From: Macrostomum lignano | Lineage: Eukaryota | Reading direction: 5' to 3' | Length of the DNA stretch: 64,000 bases | Assembly: GCA_002269645.1 (NCBI GenBank) | Contig: NIVC01002814.1 | Coordinates: forward strand, 1 to 64,000 | Part shown: piece after piece, positions 43,755 through 56,718 of the stretch | Position numbering within the stretch: the stretch's first letter is position 1 | Layout: each line of letters starts with the position of its first letter | Program-made: the position numbers and the translations under genes | The notes under the pieces: generated by a model | The model's input: the letters and a program-made list of their open reading frames with translations, nothing else | Database searches by the model: none | What the model was told of the DNA's origin: nothing

Positions 43755-46275
43755 CCCTAGATGAAATCGTCATGCCATTTCTTAGCAGATCTGTCTGGAG
43801 CTTCTCGCTACGTTCTTGCAAGAACGTAACAGATCTGCACTATTAAAATATATAGGCAGAACTTACAAGATCTGCAGGAAGATCTTGCACGGTCTGCACG
43901 AGCAGATCTTAGGAGATCTGGGCAGATCTTGTAAGATGTATTAAGCTTTACCAATTGAATGCATTGTCCGTCTTATCAAATCTTCCAAGATCTGTTTAGT
44001 AATCCATTTATAAAACCCCAATGCACTAATTTAATTCCAATAAAAAACACGAGTTATGACAGGACTTTCTTATTTGATTCTGCACTTTTAGTATTGTGCT
44101 AGTAAGCTGCCAGAACAAAAGCAAATGTCATTGAACAATTAAAATAAAGTAGACATATTTATTTGTGAAAATGTAAACAAATACACATATATGCTCATGA
44201 AATAAAACTTGTATGCACAAGGGAAATGGCACAAGCAAAAAATAAGTCAACTTCAAAACAAAAGTTAAGCACACATTCAATAGAAAAAATACTAATGGTA
44301 CAATGGACTAATAAAATTAGGGTGAGCAATACTTTTAGAAACTAAAAAATAGAAGCAGAAACATTTGAAAAAAAACCAGGTGCATCTTTTACTACAATGT
44401 ACAATTAAATTGGTTTGCAAATAATTGAAACTGAAAGAGTCCAGTACTGAAAGATTTTAAAGTCAATATTGCTAGAAAGCTTACTTTTTTATCAATAAAA
44501 GTAGGTCTATAAGAGCTCTTAGTAATACTTTAGGGCTCTTTATCATGTTGCATTTTTACTTTAGGCTGGATTCATTTTTTCTTTTAGCAATCATAGGATG
44601 CTTGCCACTTTGCCATTTGGTATAAAGACAAGCTTGGAACCCATAAGTAGTGATGCCATATTGACCATGTAAAGTAGCAGCAATGAAAGGGAAAATTGTA
44701 GTAAAGTTCTGGGATTTTAAACATTAATATTCAATTCAAAATAACTAAAACATAAAACAAATATCATTGTTATGTTTTTAAATAGTCAGAGTAATAACTT
44801 TTGTAAAAGTTCTTTGGTCTAATTAAATTTAGACCTGTTTTTCTTCTATTCTATATTTTTCATATTATTTATCTAGGCCTATCTAGTATAAATAATTTTC
44901 AATTTTGCTATGCCTATCTATATTCTTCAAATAGTAGGTCAAGGCTTAAGATAACTTTCTAACAACCACAAGCCTATATTTAAGCATCCAGGTTTAATTC
45001 TAATTCAGAAAAACTATACCCTATATAGCAATTACACTTTTTAGTAGAGTAGGGCCTATTTTATTTTAAAATTAAAATGATAAGCCTAGTTATAACACTA
45101 TTTACTAAAAATAGACATTACACTCTTAACCTAAGTGTTTAAAATCAAGGAGGGATTAAAACCAAGTTTTACAGATATGTCAGTCTACCTATTTATAAAT
45201 CTAGATAAGCGTATATAAAACAAACAAAAACAGAATAGACCTACTTAATTAAGATTTACTTACTAGCTAGGTCACTAGAACTAGCCTAGCCCTAGCCTAG
45301 GGGCTAGAACTAGGTATGTATATATAAATATAATATAATGAAATGCAAAAGACTACAAAAATACTGATCTATGTATGTAACTGAATTTCTGAATTATTAA
45401 TGGACATCACTAGGTCTAGACATGCATTCTGTTTCTATTAAAGCATAGAACAAAGTCATAGGCCTAGGCCTACTCATACTTATAGGCCTGGGAGTAGGAA
45501 ACAAGCCTAGATATATATATGATATAGATATATATATAGCATATCATACATTTTATAGTCAGTCTGTCAATTATGTCAAATTTTTTAATTGATGACGCGA
45601 TCTGCTCTTCATTTAAAGCCATAGCTATACTTAATCAAAAAAGTTATTATGGCTAAAAAAGTAAAAAATAGTGATACTACACTATGAAACAATTTAAGGA
45701 ATTAAAAATTACGCATTCGGCAAAGTCAAAAGAAAGAACTGAGATTATTGCAAGAGCGAGAATTCAAACTATAAGGGTCCACTATGTTCAGAACTGCGGA
45801 AAGAATATTTAAACTAATTCATTTACTGTTGGCTGCCAGAAGAACAACTAAAATAAATACAAATCATTAAAAAACGTAATTACTATTATGTTAAATATTT
45901 TGTGGAAAAAAACAATTCAGACACTTTTCAAAACTGGTCTGTACAGATCTGCAAGAACTGATCTGACAAGATCCAGCAGAGAAATGTGAAAATATACGAA
46001 AGTCTTTTTTCTGATATACAGTTAGAAATTTTGTTTTCTCTTTACCTCATAAGTATTTTCTAAAAAATCACGAATGTTTTTTACGTATTAAACAATAAAA
46101 AATGGCTTGCAAAGATTTGTAAGATCTTGTAAGACAAAAGCAGATACAGATCTGCTAAGAGATTTAAGTAAGAACAGATCTGTTAAGAATGTGTTAACCA
46201 AAGTTCACAGATCTGTTAAGAAATTTAAGTAAGAACAGATCTGCCAAGAATGAGTAAACAGAACTTCATCTAGGG
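43755..46275. mobile_element. Non-autonomous CMC-type DNA transposon (2.5 kb)
   Basis: Termini CCCTAGATGAA and TTCATCTAGGG, with further imperfect similarity (CATT.CTT.GCAGATCTGT). 2-bp CA TSD, inserted in a TACATG context. Many AGATCT subterminal repeats at both ends. No transposase ORF. Confidence 0.85.
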
Positions 46276-49059
46276 CATGTTCGTAAACTCCCATTATCGA
46301 TCACGTTGCGCTGCCCTTGGGTATCGTCAGCCCGGTCGCCCCCATGGTGATCACCATCTAATCTTTCACTATTAACTTTAAAGATATTCCGTTATAATAT
46401 CATAATTACCTGAACTGTTAGGGCCAAGTTTAGGGCCAGCAAATGCAGCAGGGTATTAGCCATTCAACTCTTTGTTGCTTCTGTCTGTACTTATTTACCA
46501 CGAGTCTTGGCATGAAGTGTGAGTAGAGAGCTATTGTGCCTGTCGCAAGGCGGAATAGAAGTTGAGGATCAGAGTATAACCAAATAATCATAGCGGTAAC
46601 AAAACCCAATCCCCTGCCGCATTGAAACCATCTGGGAGGAAGGAAATTATAATGGTGTCACGATTATTGATGTTGGCGTAGCGGCTAACTATGGCTGTGA
46701 CCCTTAAAAGGGCCGTTTTAACAAGCGTTGCAGTAAGTCGTAGTCCCAAAATAAGTTAAAATCAACCCTTGCAAAGCGGATGGTGTAGCGGAGCACTCGG
46801 CAATAAAGGCAGGAAACTGCCGTAGTTGTTTTTATTGTTAATATCAATATTAGGTTTGGTTGTTACTGGCAATACACAAACTATAGCTCCTGGGCACTGG
46901 CGGCTGCAACAATGGGTTGAATATAATTTGGATATGAAGTCAAGTGACAGGCGAATGATGCAATGGCGACGTAACGTGGTGAGCAATGGCAATGAGCACA
47001 GTGGAGGCAGTGAGTAGCAGTGGCGAGATTGGCGTCAGCCGTGGCGTGAGACAGTCAAGTAAGCGTGTGAGTAGGCTGGCCCAGACAGAGGGGCCGTGGC
47101 GAGAAATAAGGAGGCTCGAGGCAGCCAGACAAGAACGCAAAAACACACACAAGGCCAAGGACACACAGGGAGTGAGGAGTGCCCGCCGCCAGGCGGGGGT
47201 TTAATAAAGGAGCGCAGAGGGGGGTAGCGCGAAGCACAAGTGGTTTTCATTGGCTGGCGAGAGAACTTAAAATTATCGATCGTGCCAAAATTCACAGACG
47301 AGCGCAAGGCCTACCAAATACACAGTGAAATAGCAGTTGATACAGATTATTTGCACGCTACTATAAGTAAACGTTAAAATAAACTATTGGAGAAATTAAT
47401 ATGAGCAATTACAAGGGAAACTATAGTCCAACGGCCCTTTTGCGGGACCACTTAAACTAGCAACGTCACAATGGCGTTTACCTTCTATCATACATCCTTG
47501 GGATCCTGGATCCTGGGGCTGAGGAGGGAATCGCAGTCCAGAATCGCTAAGATCCCGCTATGCAAAAGTCCGATCGTTTCCAGCACTGACTAGACTAGCT
47601 GTCCTTTGTATGCCTCGCACAGAGTCCCCCAATCGGCCATTTCTAGTTCAGTTGGAGTCAAAAACCTTCGTCTGTTACAGACCGAGAGTCCCGTCTCACT
47701 AGTGAGAGTCTTTTACGCGGGTGAACTCCCGCACAGGTAACTGGGTGGCGGCCACATCTCTGGCGATGCTCATTCAAACGACCTGGGCCCGCTGTCTAGA
47801 TAACGCGATCTTGGCCTCAACGTCAGCTACCGCACCATCCAGAGGCGGACGAAGTCTAAGGAACGAGACCTGGTGGTTGTACCTTTCAGCGCCAGAGCCT
47901 AGGGGTTGCACAGGTGTTCTCATGCAGCCCGGGTTACGTGATAAGACTTGTATGTGAGCAAAATAAAAAGTGAACAAACAGCTGAAAATCGCAATTGGTT
48001 CCTTTTAATCAATTGAATTATTTGCTACTCTTGGCTGTATCTGTCCTTGCAGCCTTTACTCGATACAGCAAGGCACAATGTCTTGTGAATCAGTTACGAA
48101 GGGGTTTAGCATGACGCATGGCGACGTAGTTAACCGTCGGTGTGCACAGACTATTCTGTATTCGGACACAGACCTGCTTGTAAATCCAAGTAGTGCCTTT
48201 CGAGGACAAAGTTATTAATAGATCGGCGTCAAATTTTGTAGTTTCCAGTTCCGAGTATTGAGCACTGATCATTGCCAATCTAATAGAGAGAGCGGTGTTT
48301 AAGAATGAAATGGACGAACTACACCACTTTAGAATCAACCTAAAACCTCAAAGAACAGTGCTAAATTTCTATGGCCCAACCACTGTCAATTTTGGTTCAC
48401 CGACAAACGTCAGTGTTCAACATTAACCAAACAAACTGAAATACACTTGTTTGCCGTTTTGACGTTCTGTGTGACTGAGTTTTGTTCTGTTAAATGTACG
48501 TGCACTATCAAGTTGAAGTTTGTCTGTGGTTAGCAGAGTTTAAGCTGCCGATAATCTCCGCTGGCTTAACACTTTTGACATGGAGAAGGGGAACAGGCAG
48601 ATTGGATTAAATTAGGAAAACACCATAACTGGTAATTAAAATAACTGATTGCGTTTTCTGGTTGACTCGGAAAGTGTGCTCCATTTTCATTGGCTTTTTT
48701 TAATTGAACCTACTATGTTTATGCACTCCGTAATGCGTAATTTACCCGAGCAACAAATTTTTACTTTGTCCATCATTTGTAGAGCATTTGGACTCAAGGT
48801 TACTTGGTGCCATGTCATTCGTAATTTCATTAAGCGCTAGCATTTCCAGTGATTGTCCCAATTGAGGATGCAAAACTTGATTGAATCCCAGATTATTGAT
48901 ATCAATTAATTATAATTGTTGAACTGTTCCAGTACTCAGTTATATTTTAAACGCTTATAATTTAGTTTTAAACTGCAACTACAAGCACAAAGTTCCAAGT
49001 TGAAATTGAAACTTGGCTGAAAAAATCATCACAGAAAGCCATGAGCTGGGTTGGGCGCA

Positions 49060-52000
49060 TCAATTCTTCCTGGTAGCAAAGTACGGCCTCGACTGAAAAT
49101 GTTAATTAAAATAACTTTTATGTGATTGGAAAAATTCAGAAATTACTAAATACGATCTTCTAGCTTTATTAATCCTCTTACCGAAGTCGGGCACTTGAAA
49201 GGGCCTCCAATATTCCACTCGGTCGCCTTCCGACCGATCGGTTCGAGCTGAAAAGTGTGACAATTTATGCGAATTTATAAACAGAAATTAGCCTTACTCC
49301 TGACAATCCTCACTCCTGACAATCCTCACTCCTGATAATCTTTCACTTGATAATGCTCACTCCTTACAATCCTTTGGTTTAATCCCCACTTCAGATCTGA
49401 TAAACTTCACTTGACACTAGCAAGATGACACAACAACCAGCAATCTTTACAGAAAACGGTGACGTCAATTCGAATTCGAATCTCTTTTTCCTTTGAATTA
49501 AACCGCTCACCATGTTGTTCCACAGGGCCTTGCCGGTCTCATCGTGACCCTTCCGGCTGAAGTGGAAGCAGTCGGGAGCCAGGTAGGACTGGTCGTACAC
49601 GCCCTAGAGTTGGTAAGAAGTGGTTAAAAGTGCATGCTGAAGAAAGTTTAACTTATCTTTCTCGAAAGCGCAGCAGGACACAAATTAATGAGCTGCTTGC
49701 ATCACCCGACCGATAAACAAAGACTCACGTTGATCCTCGGCGGCTTGCTGTTCCTGAGGAACGGCTGAGTCACCACGGTGAAGTCCTCGCGAGTGTCGTA
49801 TCGGCCAGAGTCGACCAGCTGACGCAGTCGGGCCTGGTATTCAGCGATGATTGTCTTGACGTCGCGCTCCTCGGCCTCGTTCTCCGGGAAGGCGCCGCAT
49901 TTGCACAGCAGGGAGCCCTGAAGAACTCCGCAGATCGCGCTGGCGTCCTTGAGCTCCTTGACCAGGGAGACGTCGAGAACTTCGGCTACGTTGACGAAAG
50001 CCCTGGGCACGTTGGCGTGTAGGTAGTCGAGAGCCTCACGAATGTACCTGATGTAGTTGTCAGCGCTGAATGCTCTCTGCAGTGTGTGAGAGACTTTGAC
50101 AATGTAAACTAGAGTAAGTTTTTACCTTAAGTCTGTTCATTTGAAGAAGCTACCTTCAAATCTTTGATAACTGAAGAAGCTACCTTCAAATCTTTGATAA
50201 CTGGAGAAGCTACCTTCAAATCTTTGATAACTGGAGAAGCTACCTTCAAATATTTGATAACTGGAGAAGCTACCTTCAAATCGTTGCCCAGTTAAAAATG
50301 AACCTTCATCAGAGACAGCTGAATGATCTGAAGGTCCTCATCGTCTCAAGCCCTCTATCAGTAAGCTCACCTTGTCCTTGCAGTAAGCGCACACATCGTT
50401 GCCACCAATGAGCAGGGTGATCAGCTTCCAGTCGTTGTTAAAGTTCACCCGAGAATCGGATTTCAGCTTCTCAACTAGTAGGCGGGCTTGACCGGGAACG
50501 TGACTGCAATGGGGTGAAATTAGACGAATCAAAGCTAAGTTATCAGGTCTTCACCTCTGGCTCTGATTCGAGGAATTGGTTTTTAGGTTCAACTCACGAG
50601 GCAACATTTCCGGGAACGGCAACATTGAGCACGGCAGCTGAACTCGAGATGGCACCTTTGCCAGTGGAGTAGCCATACAGTCTGCTGTTTTGGTCCTTCA
50701 GAATGTCTTTAAAAGTGAAATATGTTAATTTATAGTTTGGTAACTTGGATATTTTTAGTTTAGAATTTATTGATTAGTAATTTTCACTTACTGGCCAGGG
50801 TGGTGTGCTGGCGCAGAGACGCTTCACCTCCGATGCTGAAGTGACGAGTTTATTCAATATTTGCCATGTTTTGATAGGATTTTAGGCAATATAAGTGCAC
50901 AAAATGTTGCTGGAAAACATAAATTCATCATGCATGTGTAAGATTCATAGAAGAGACCATCTTCGTCTTTTCCATAGTCTATTGGTTAATTGTAGTCCAC
51001 CCCAAATAAATGATTTGTGCTGGCGCCCCTGGTGCTGGCGCCCCTGGTGCTGGCGCCCCTGGTGCTGGCGCCCCTGGTGCTGGCGCCCCTGGTGCTGGCG
51101 CCCCTGGTGCTGGCGCCCCTGGTGCTGGCGCCCCTGGTGCTGGCGCCCCTGGTGCTGGCGCCCCTGGTGCTGGCGCCCCTGGTGCTGGCGCCCCTGGTGC
51201 TGGCGCCCCTTGGTGCTGGCGCCCCTGGTGCTGGCGCCCCTGGTGCTGGCGCCCCTGGTGCTGGCGCCCCTTGGTGCTGGCGCCCCTTGGTGCTGGCGCC
51301 CCTGGTGCTGGCGCCCCTGGTGCTGGCGCCCCTGGTGCTGGCGCCCCTGGTGCTGGCGCCCCTGGTGCTGGCGCCCCTGGTGCTGGCGCCCCTGGTGCTG
51401 GCGCCCCTGGTGCTGGCGCCCCTGGTGCTGGCGCCCCTGGTGCTGGCGCCCCTGGTGCTGGCGCCCCTGGTGCTGGCGCCCCTGGTGCTGGCGCCCCTGG
51501 TGCTGGCGCCCCTTGGTGCTGGCGCCCCTGGTGCTAAAGCCCCTGGTGCTAAAGCCCCTGGTGCTAAAGCCCCTGGTGCTAAAGCCCCTCGTCCAGACAT
51601 CGTCCAGAAAATTTCCTCGATCATCTCACCTCCAGGCGTAGCCGCGGTACTCAGTGGTCAGTCCCAGGATGCTGGTGGCCAGGGCGCCGTTGGCGGCGGT
51701 CAGCGAGTCTCCCATAGCGGCGATTACGTCGATGTCGCCAGGTCGCAGTCGGTGCGCGGAGGTCGGCTTGGTCGGCGAGCGTGTCAGCTGGCAGTTGAAG
51801 GACGAGGTGGGCTCGGCAGAGACCGGCTCGGCGGGTTTGTTGGTCGCCAGGACGTCGCGGAACTGGACACTACTGTCCAGCTCTTTGACGATCTTGAACA
51901 GGGCGTTGGTCCAGGCGGCACCGGCAAGGGGCTGCTTCGAGCGAAGCTCCGGGATGCGGCTGGTCAGGTAGTTGATGGCGTCGCGCTCGTGCTGGTGGTC

Positions 52001-52664
52001 TGTCAGGTGTGTCAGATAGGAATCAGGTGTGCCAGATATAGGAATCAGGTGTGTCTGATAGGAATCAGGTGTGTCAGATATAGGAATCAGGTGTGTCTGA
52101 TAGGAATCAGGTGTGTCAGATATAGGAATCAGGTGTGTCTGATAGGAATCCGGTGTGTCAGATATAGGAATAAGGTGTGTCAGATATAGGAATCAGGTGT
52201 GTCAGATATAGGAATCAGGTATGTCAGATATAGAATCAGGTGTGTCAGATAGGAATCAGGTGTGTCAGATATAGGAATCAGGTGTGTCAGATATAGGAAT
52301 CAGGTGTGTCAGATATAGGAATCAGGTGTGTCAGATATAGGAATCAGGTGTGTCAGATATAGGAATAAGGTGTGTCAGATATAGGAATCAGGTGTGTCAG
52401 ATATAGGAATCAGGTATGTCAGATATAGAATCAGGTGTGTCAGATAGGAATCAGGTGTGTCAGATATAGGAATAAGGTGTGTCAGATAGGAATCAGGTGT
52501 GTCAGATAGGAATCAGGTGTGTCCGATATAGGAATCAGGTGTGTCAGATAGGAATCAGGTGTGTCAGATAGGAATCAGGTGTGGAATCAGTTGAATTTAT
52601 GTAACTCACCAGCGCAGGAAGTGGCCACAAAGCAGGCAATGACTGCAATGAGCAGCACCTTCAT
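49060..52664 (-). CDS. Phospholipase B1-like secreted SGNH/GDSL lipase, copy A (416 aa, 9 exons)
   Basis: Exons 52664-52610, 51999-51630, 50835-50792, 50706-50598, 50503-50371, 50076-49729, 49603-49511, 49247-49182 and 49092-49060 total 1251 nt with all phases matching. Features: signal peptide, [24 protein letters not shown] (catalytic Ser), [29 protein letters not shown] and [12 protein letters not shown] (Asp/His). Confidence 0.94.
50144..50281. repeat. 30-bp minisatellite (GAAGAAGCTACCTTCAAATCTTTGATAACT)
   Basis: About 4.5 copies in lipase A intron 5. Confidence 0.9.
51017..51588. repeat. 15-bp GC-rich minisatellite (GGTGCTGGCGCCCCT)
   Basis: Located in lipase A intron 2. It explains the [15 protein letters not shown] ORFs. 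Confidence 0.96.
52003..52585. repeat. 20-22-bp minisatellite (ATAGGAATCAGGTGTGTCAGAT)
   Basis: Fills lipase A intron 1 up to the splice acceptor. Confidence 0.95.
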
Positions 52665-53861
52665 GATTCAACAGTCTTATTGCTATTTTTTCTACAGCTG
52701 CAATAACGTTTTAGGCGAGAGTAAAGACCAGTTGCACCCAAGAATCCCATTTTATTTAAGGAATTTCCTATGCTCGGACCAGCTATTTGTCATGCAAGCG
52801 GTCATTCATACACAGCTGACGGTTTCCCAACAGGTTTTGCATTCGATAGGCCCAGATTGTAAGACACAATAAAAAATAATTGGACAATTATTCGGATGCT
52901 GAGAACCCAGCGCGTGCTTTTCTTCTAGCCCGAACTGCCCCCAAAAACTGTTTATTTCAGGTGATAAGATTTGTCAAATGCCGTCGAACCACTATTTATT
53001 GTACTTTGAACTTTCTTAAACGGTCGATTTTGAAAAAAAATATGAGCAGTGCGAGTATTTATGGTGCACGGGATTTATTGAATGCAGAAGTTCAAAATGC
53101 CCTGAGAAAAGACTGACATTTTGCGCAAAGAAAAAGAGAAAAATTAACATTTCAAGAAACAGTAATAATATCAATCAAAGCAAAAAGTTTGTAAAAGTAC
53201 ATGTGGCGACCCCTCCGAATGAGAAGTCCTGGCTAGTTCTCAAGACTAACGGCTGTAAACACTCATAAGCACTCACTTTGGGTGATACAAATTTGTTTTA
53301 AAATTTCCCTCGAATACACATGTAGCTCGTAACTCTATCTTTAGACATCTCCACAAGCTGCACTGAAGATGAGGAAGTGGTCGAAATGTTGTTGAGCTGT
53401 CAGCCACTCTAAGTAGCTACGTTTTCCTATACCAGATATACATTGAACGTTTTTTGAAACGTTCCATTGAAGTTTACCACGATAGTTGGCGTAGCCTTCG
53501 TAGGCCAATGTGTTATTCCGTGCAAATCTCCAAGCTCTTCTGTTGATAAGCCCAGACAATTTGGTCAGGCAGACTGACTGCTTTAGTTTAGCATTATCTT
53601 AGGCGTAGTAAGCAGATCAAATTGGCAACAAAACTCTGTATTGTGCCTAGTTTCGTTTGGGCCACAAACGATTGCGTCGACGGAAATTGTGAACTAAGTT
53701 TTTGCGCGCCTTTCAGGCATCGAAACAGGAATACAACAGATTGCTTGTCTGCGAATAGTCTATGGTCAAGCCGCCCCCAATCTTTGGATATTCCCAACGG
53801 GTTATATTTGGATATACCCATTTGCAGATAAGCAATCTGTATATTCCTGTATCAATGATAG

Positions 53862-54999
53862 ATTGTGTATATGGTTTTGGAGGTAGACAATGGTTGGTTA
53901 TTCGTAAGTGAGACTTTAGGATAATAGTCCGGCTCATGAGTGCGCGCAGCTCTCACTCGTGCGCAGCGCACGAGTGAGCATAGGACTATTATCCTAAAGT
54001 CTCACTTACGAATAACCGCATTGTCGAATTTCAGTGGGGCCATAGACAAAAAGGGCATCGAAAGGAGAGAGGGGTTACCGAGGAGAGAGAGACATAAAGA
54101 CTGAGGTGGTTTACTGGAGTTTGGGCCATAGACAACGAAGTTGCAACAGGCTGGGGGTTAAGAGGGTGGAAAGGAAGGAGATGTGGAGAGAAAGAGAGAA
54201 TAAAACGTAAATAGCTACATTCGCTTGGCCATGGAGAACCAGACGTCATATCCGATCAACTGGGGCAATCTGCCTGTCGAAAGTTTAGCCAACGTATCTA
54301 GCAGCGAACTCAATTGGATCTCAAGACTTTCCACATCTCAGAAGGACATGAAGGATAACGAAGACTTTTTGAACTTCTTGCACTTTCTTGAGACCTGGAA
54401 TCGGCTGGGCATTCGATGAGCGAGATCATGGCTATCACGGGTCAAAAGTCCGAGAGCACGGTCCGGCGCTACCTGGCAGTTAAACGGGAAAAGTCCCTGC
54501 AACAATGCAGCGATGCAGTGTCGCGTGCGTTGAACATGGGACAAAGCGCCGCGACCCACGGTCAAGTAACAATGCCTGCTGATATCAGCATCCAAAGTTC
54601 CATCGTGCAAGAAGCAGTGAGCGTGTCTGATGGTCGTCAGATGAACGGTCGGAATATCTTTATTATGAACAACTGCACTTTCAACAATTGCAATCTGTAA
54701 TGGTCTTCGGTACTATGACAATTGCGCCGTATTGATACTGCACAATTAACTTTCCATAGCGCTAATCTTTTGTTGTTGGTGTTTGCTGTTTTGTTCTAAA
54801 AATAGGTGTCTATTATCCCGAGTTTGAAATCATTATCCTGAAGTTTAAGTGAAAAAATAAATAAATGTGCTCATGGTTTAACCATAGACGATTGCATTAT
54901 CCTAAAGGCTGATTTTTGACAATGATAAATTTTTCACGAGTGGCGAAGCCACGAGTGACTAAAATTTATCATTGTCTATGACAAAACCATATACACAAA
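53862..54999 (+). mobile_element. Crypton-like tyrosine-recombinase deletion derivative, flanked by two hairpin cassettes and imperfect inverted ends
   Basis: ORFs 54225-54419 and 54416-54700 encode IMAITGQKSESTVRRY (resembling the YR C-terminal I..TGH.S....Y motif) and end in NNCTFNNCNL*. Hairpin 1 has perfect 35-bp arms (~53896-53930 and ~53982-54016) around CTCACTCGTGCGC-A-GCGCACGAGTGAG. Hairpin 2 has 16-bp arms (54918-54933 and 54961-54976) around GTGGCGAAGCCAC. The outer TTGTGTATATGGTTTTG..TAGACAATG (~53862) is mirrored at ~54970-54999. Confidence 0.55.
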
Positions 55000-55101
55000 C
55001 ACATTGTCTCATGAATGTATTTTTAGAAGCCTAAAATAATGATTCCTAAGCGTGGAATAATGAGCGTACAGCATGACACAATGCGTTTGCGAGGATATTT
55101 T

Positions 55102-56718
55102 TTATTCAATACAACAGAGCTGAATAAAAAGATTGTATACATGTACGAAAACGGCCGTAACGTGGGCATAATGAAACGTGGACCAACTGTTCCGCAATAA
55201 TCGATGAGTAGAGCTAGAATCGACAATAATTACACTCACATCGGCCGAATTGCATGGTTTGTTCCGCATGGGATCCTCGGGGCAAGCCTCTTCTTCGCTT
55301 GGCAGTGGTGGCAGAGCATCATCGTTACCGCATTCAATGAATCGGATGAACTCCATCAACTCTTCGTCATCCGCCTCGTCACGTCCACCCATACTCAAGT
55401 CGCTGAGAAAATTGACCTCATTTCCATTCAAGCCGTCAATGCTTTCAATCGGCAAATTCGACCAATTTATCATTCGTATGAGTGGCATGAATAGAGGTTA
55501 GGGCAAACAGAAGAAACAGGAACATGTATACTCTGCTGCAGAGTTCCTGCTTATAAGACCACAACTTCATTTAACATGTTTCGTCTATGGTAATTTCAGA
55601 CTGTTCGCTTAACTTTTCGTTCGAGACGTTTAGTCTATGGCCATCATTTGGCTTGCGCCAAGTGGAAAATGCCTATGACACAAATTCCTAGAATCACTCA
55701 GTGAACAATTCCCGTCTGGGAAGTTGTGTCCTAGCCGTTTTGAATTGGTTTTTTGACGAAACTAGACACAATTCCACTATCGAGAGTTCACGCCTCACAC
55801 ACAACTGCCTTACCGCGTCTCGGCCGGTAATCGTGACCTCTTGATAATCATACATTGTCCCTTCCCAGATTTAAGTGAACAATTAGTCCCAGCTTCTCCT
55901 GAAATTTAGTCTATGGCTCAACTCTTCTACCCTTGGAGAGAGAGGGAGAGGGGAGAGAGATGGAAACAGACTTGACCATAGACGTTATCTACGCAACTCC
56001 AAAACTCAGCCCGAAAATTTCTGCATTGTAATTATACTTTTACCCAGACGCAATAACAAAATATTTTGGCCATTATTCCACAGTTTTGATGTGTACCATA
56101 GACATTTGGATTGAAAAAATCATCGCACAGTATTTTTGTTAATAAATACATAACAGCAAGGAGTAAATGAACAAAAAGGAAAAATCATTAAAACTAAAGT
56201 ACCAGCTACACGAAAAGAGTTCATAATAAATGTCACAGCTGGTGCAGTTTATCAGTTTGTAGTCGAAATTTGACAATGTGAAAATCAATTTGTCACCCAA
56301 AGTGAAACATGCACAGTTCTCAAAGCCGCAGTTCCCAAAGATGCTCGACACTTTAGCCTGATGATTTGGCACTGCAAAAGGAGTTGGTCTATTTTGAATG
56401 TTTTCTATAAAAGAGAAATACAGGTGCTTGAGTATAGTTGCCGAACTTACAATTTGAAAGATGCACGTCTTGGTTGGCTTGCGACTGATAAGCTTCGTTT
56501 GATGAGCTTCTTTGGTACCGCAGTATCCAAGTTGGTATTCTTTGGAACTTCGGCTGCTCGACTAAATCTATTGGCCGCTTTGAGGCATCGCTTATAGCCG
56601 TCGAGGCGTTGAAGACTGCATGGTCGCGTCTTCTTCCTAAGTAGCGCCGCACGGTTCGTTCAGTCGTCGACAGGAAGATTTTTTCAATTAATAAGCGCGG
56701 CTGTTTGACGAGATGCAC
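55102..56718 (-). pseudogene. Second, related YR/Crypton-like remnant (head-like ORF 55488-55102; tail-like ORF 56718-56389)
   Basis: INWSNLPIESIDGLNGNEVNFLSDL...DDEELMEFIRFIE parallels INWGNLPVESLANVSSSELNWISRL...DNEDFLNFLHFLE at 54225. TERTVRRYLGRRRDHAVFNASTAIS...LSNCKFGN parallels SESTVRRYLAVKREKSLQQCSDAVS...NNCTFNN at 54416. Confidence 0.5.

Noticed and set aside
46760-48340. Possible retroelement or promoter remnant (minus-strand CCAAT and TATA-like motifs near 47200-47250, GC-rich broken frames at 47460-47980)
   Set aside because: I found no RT, gag, integrase or recombinase motif, LTR pair or TSD to support it.
50895-52189. [10 protein letters not shown] and GAGAP repeat ORFs (silk/elastin-like)
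   Set aside because: They are translations of a 15-bp intronic minisatellite in lipase A, and single-base insertions break the frames.
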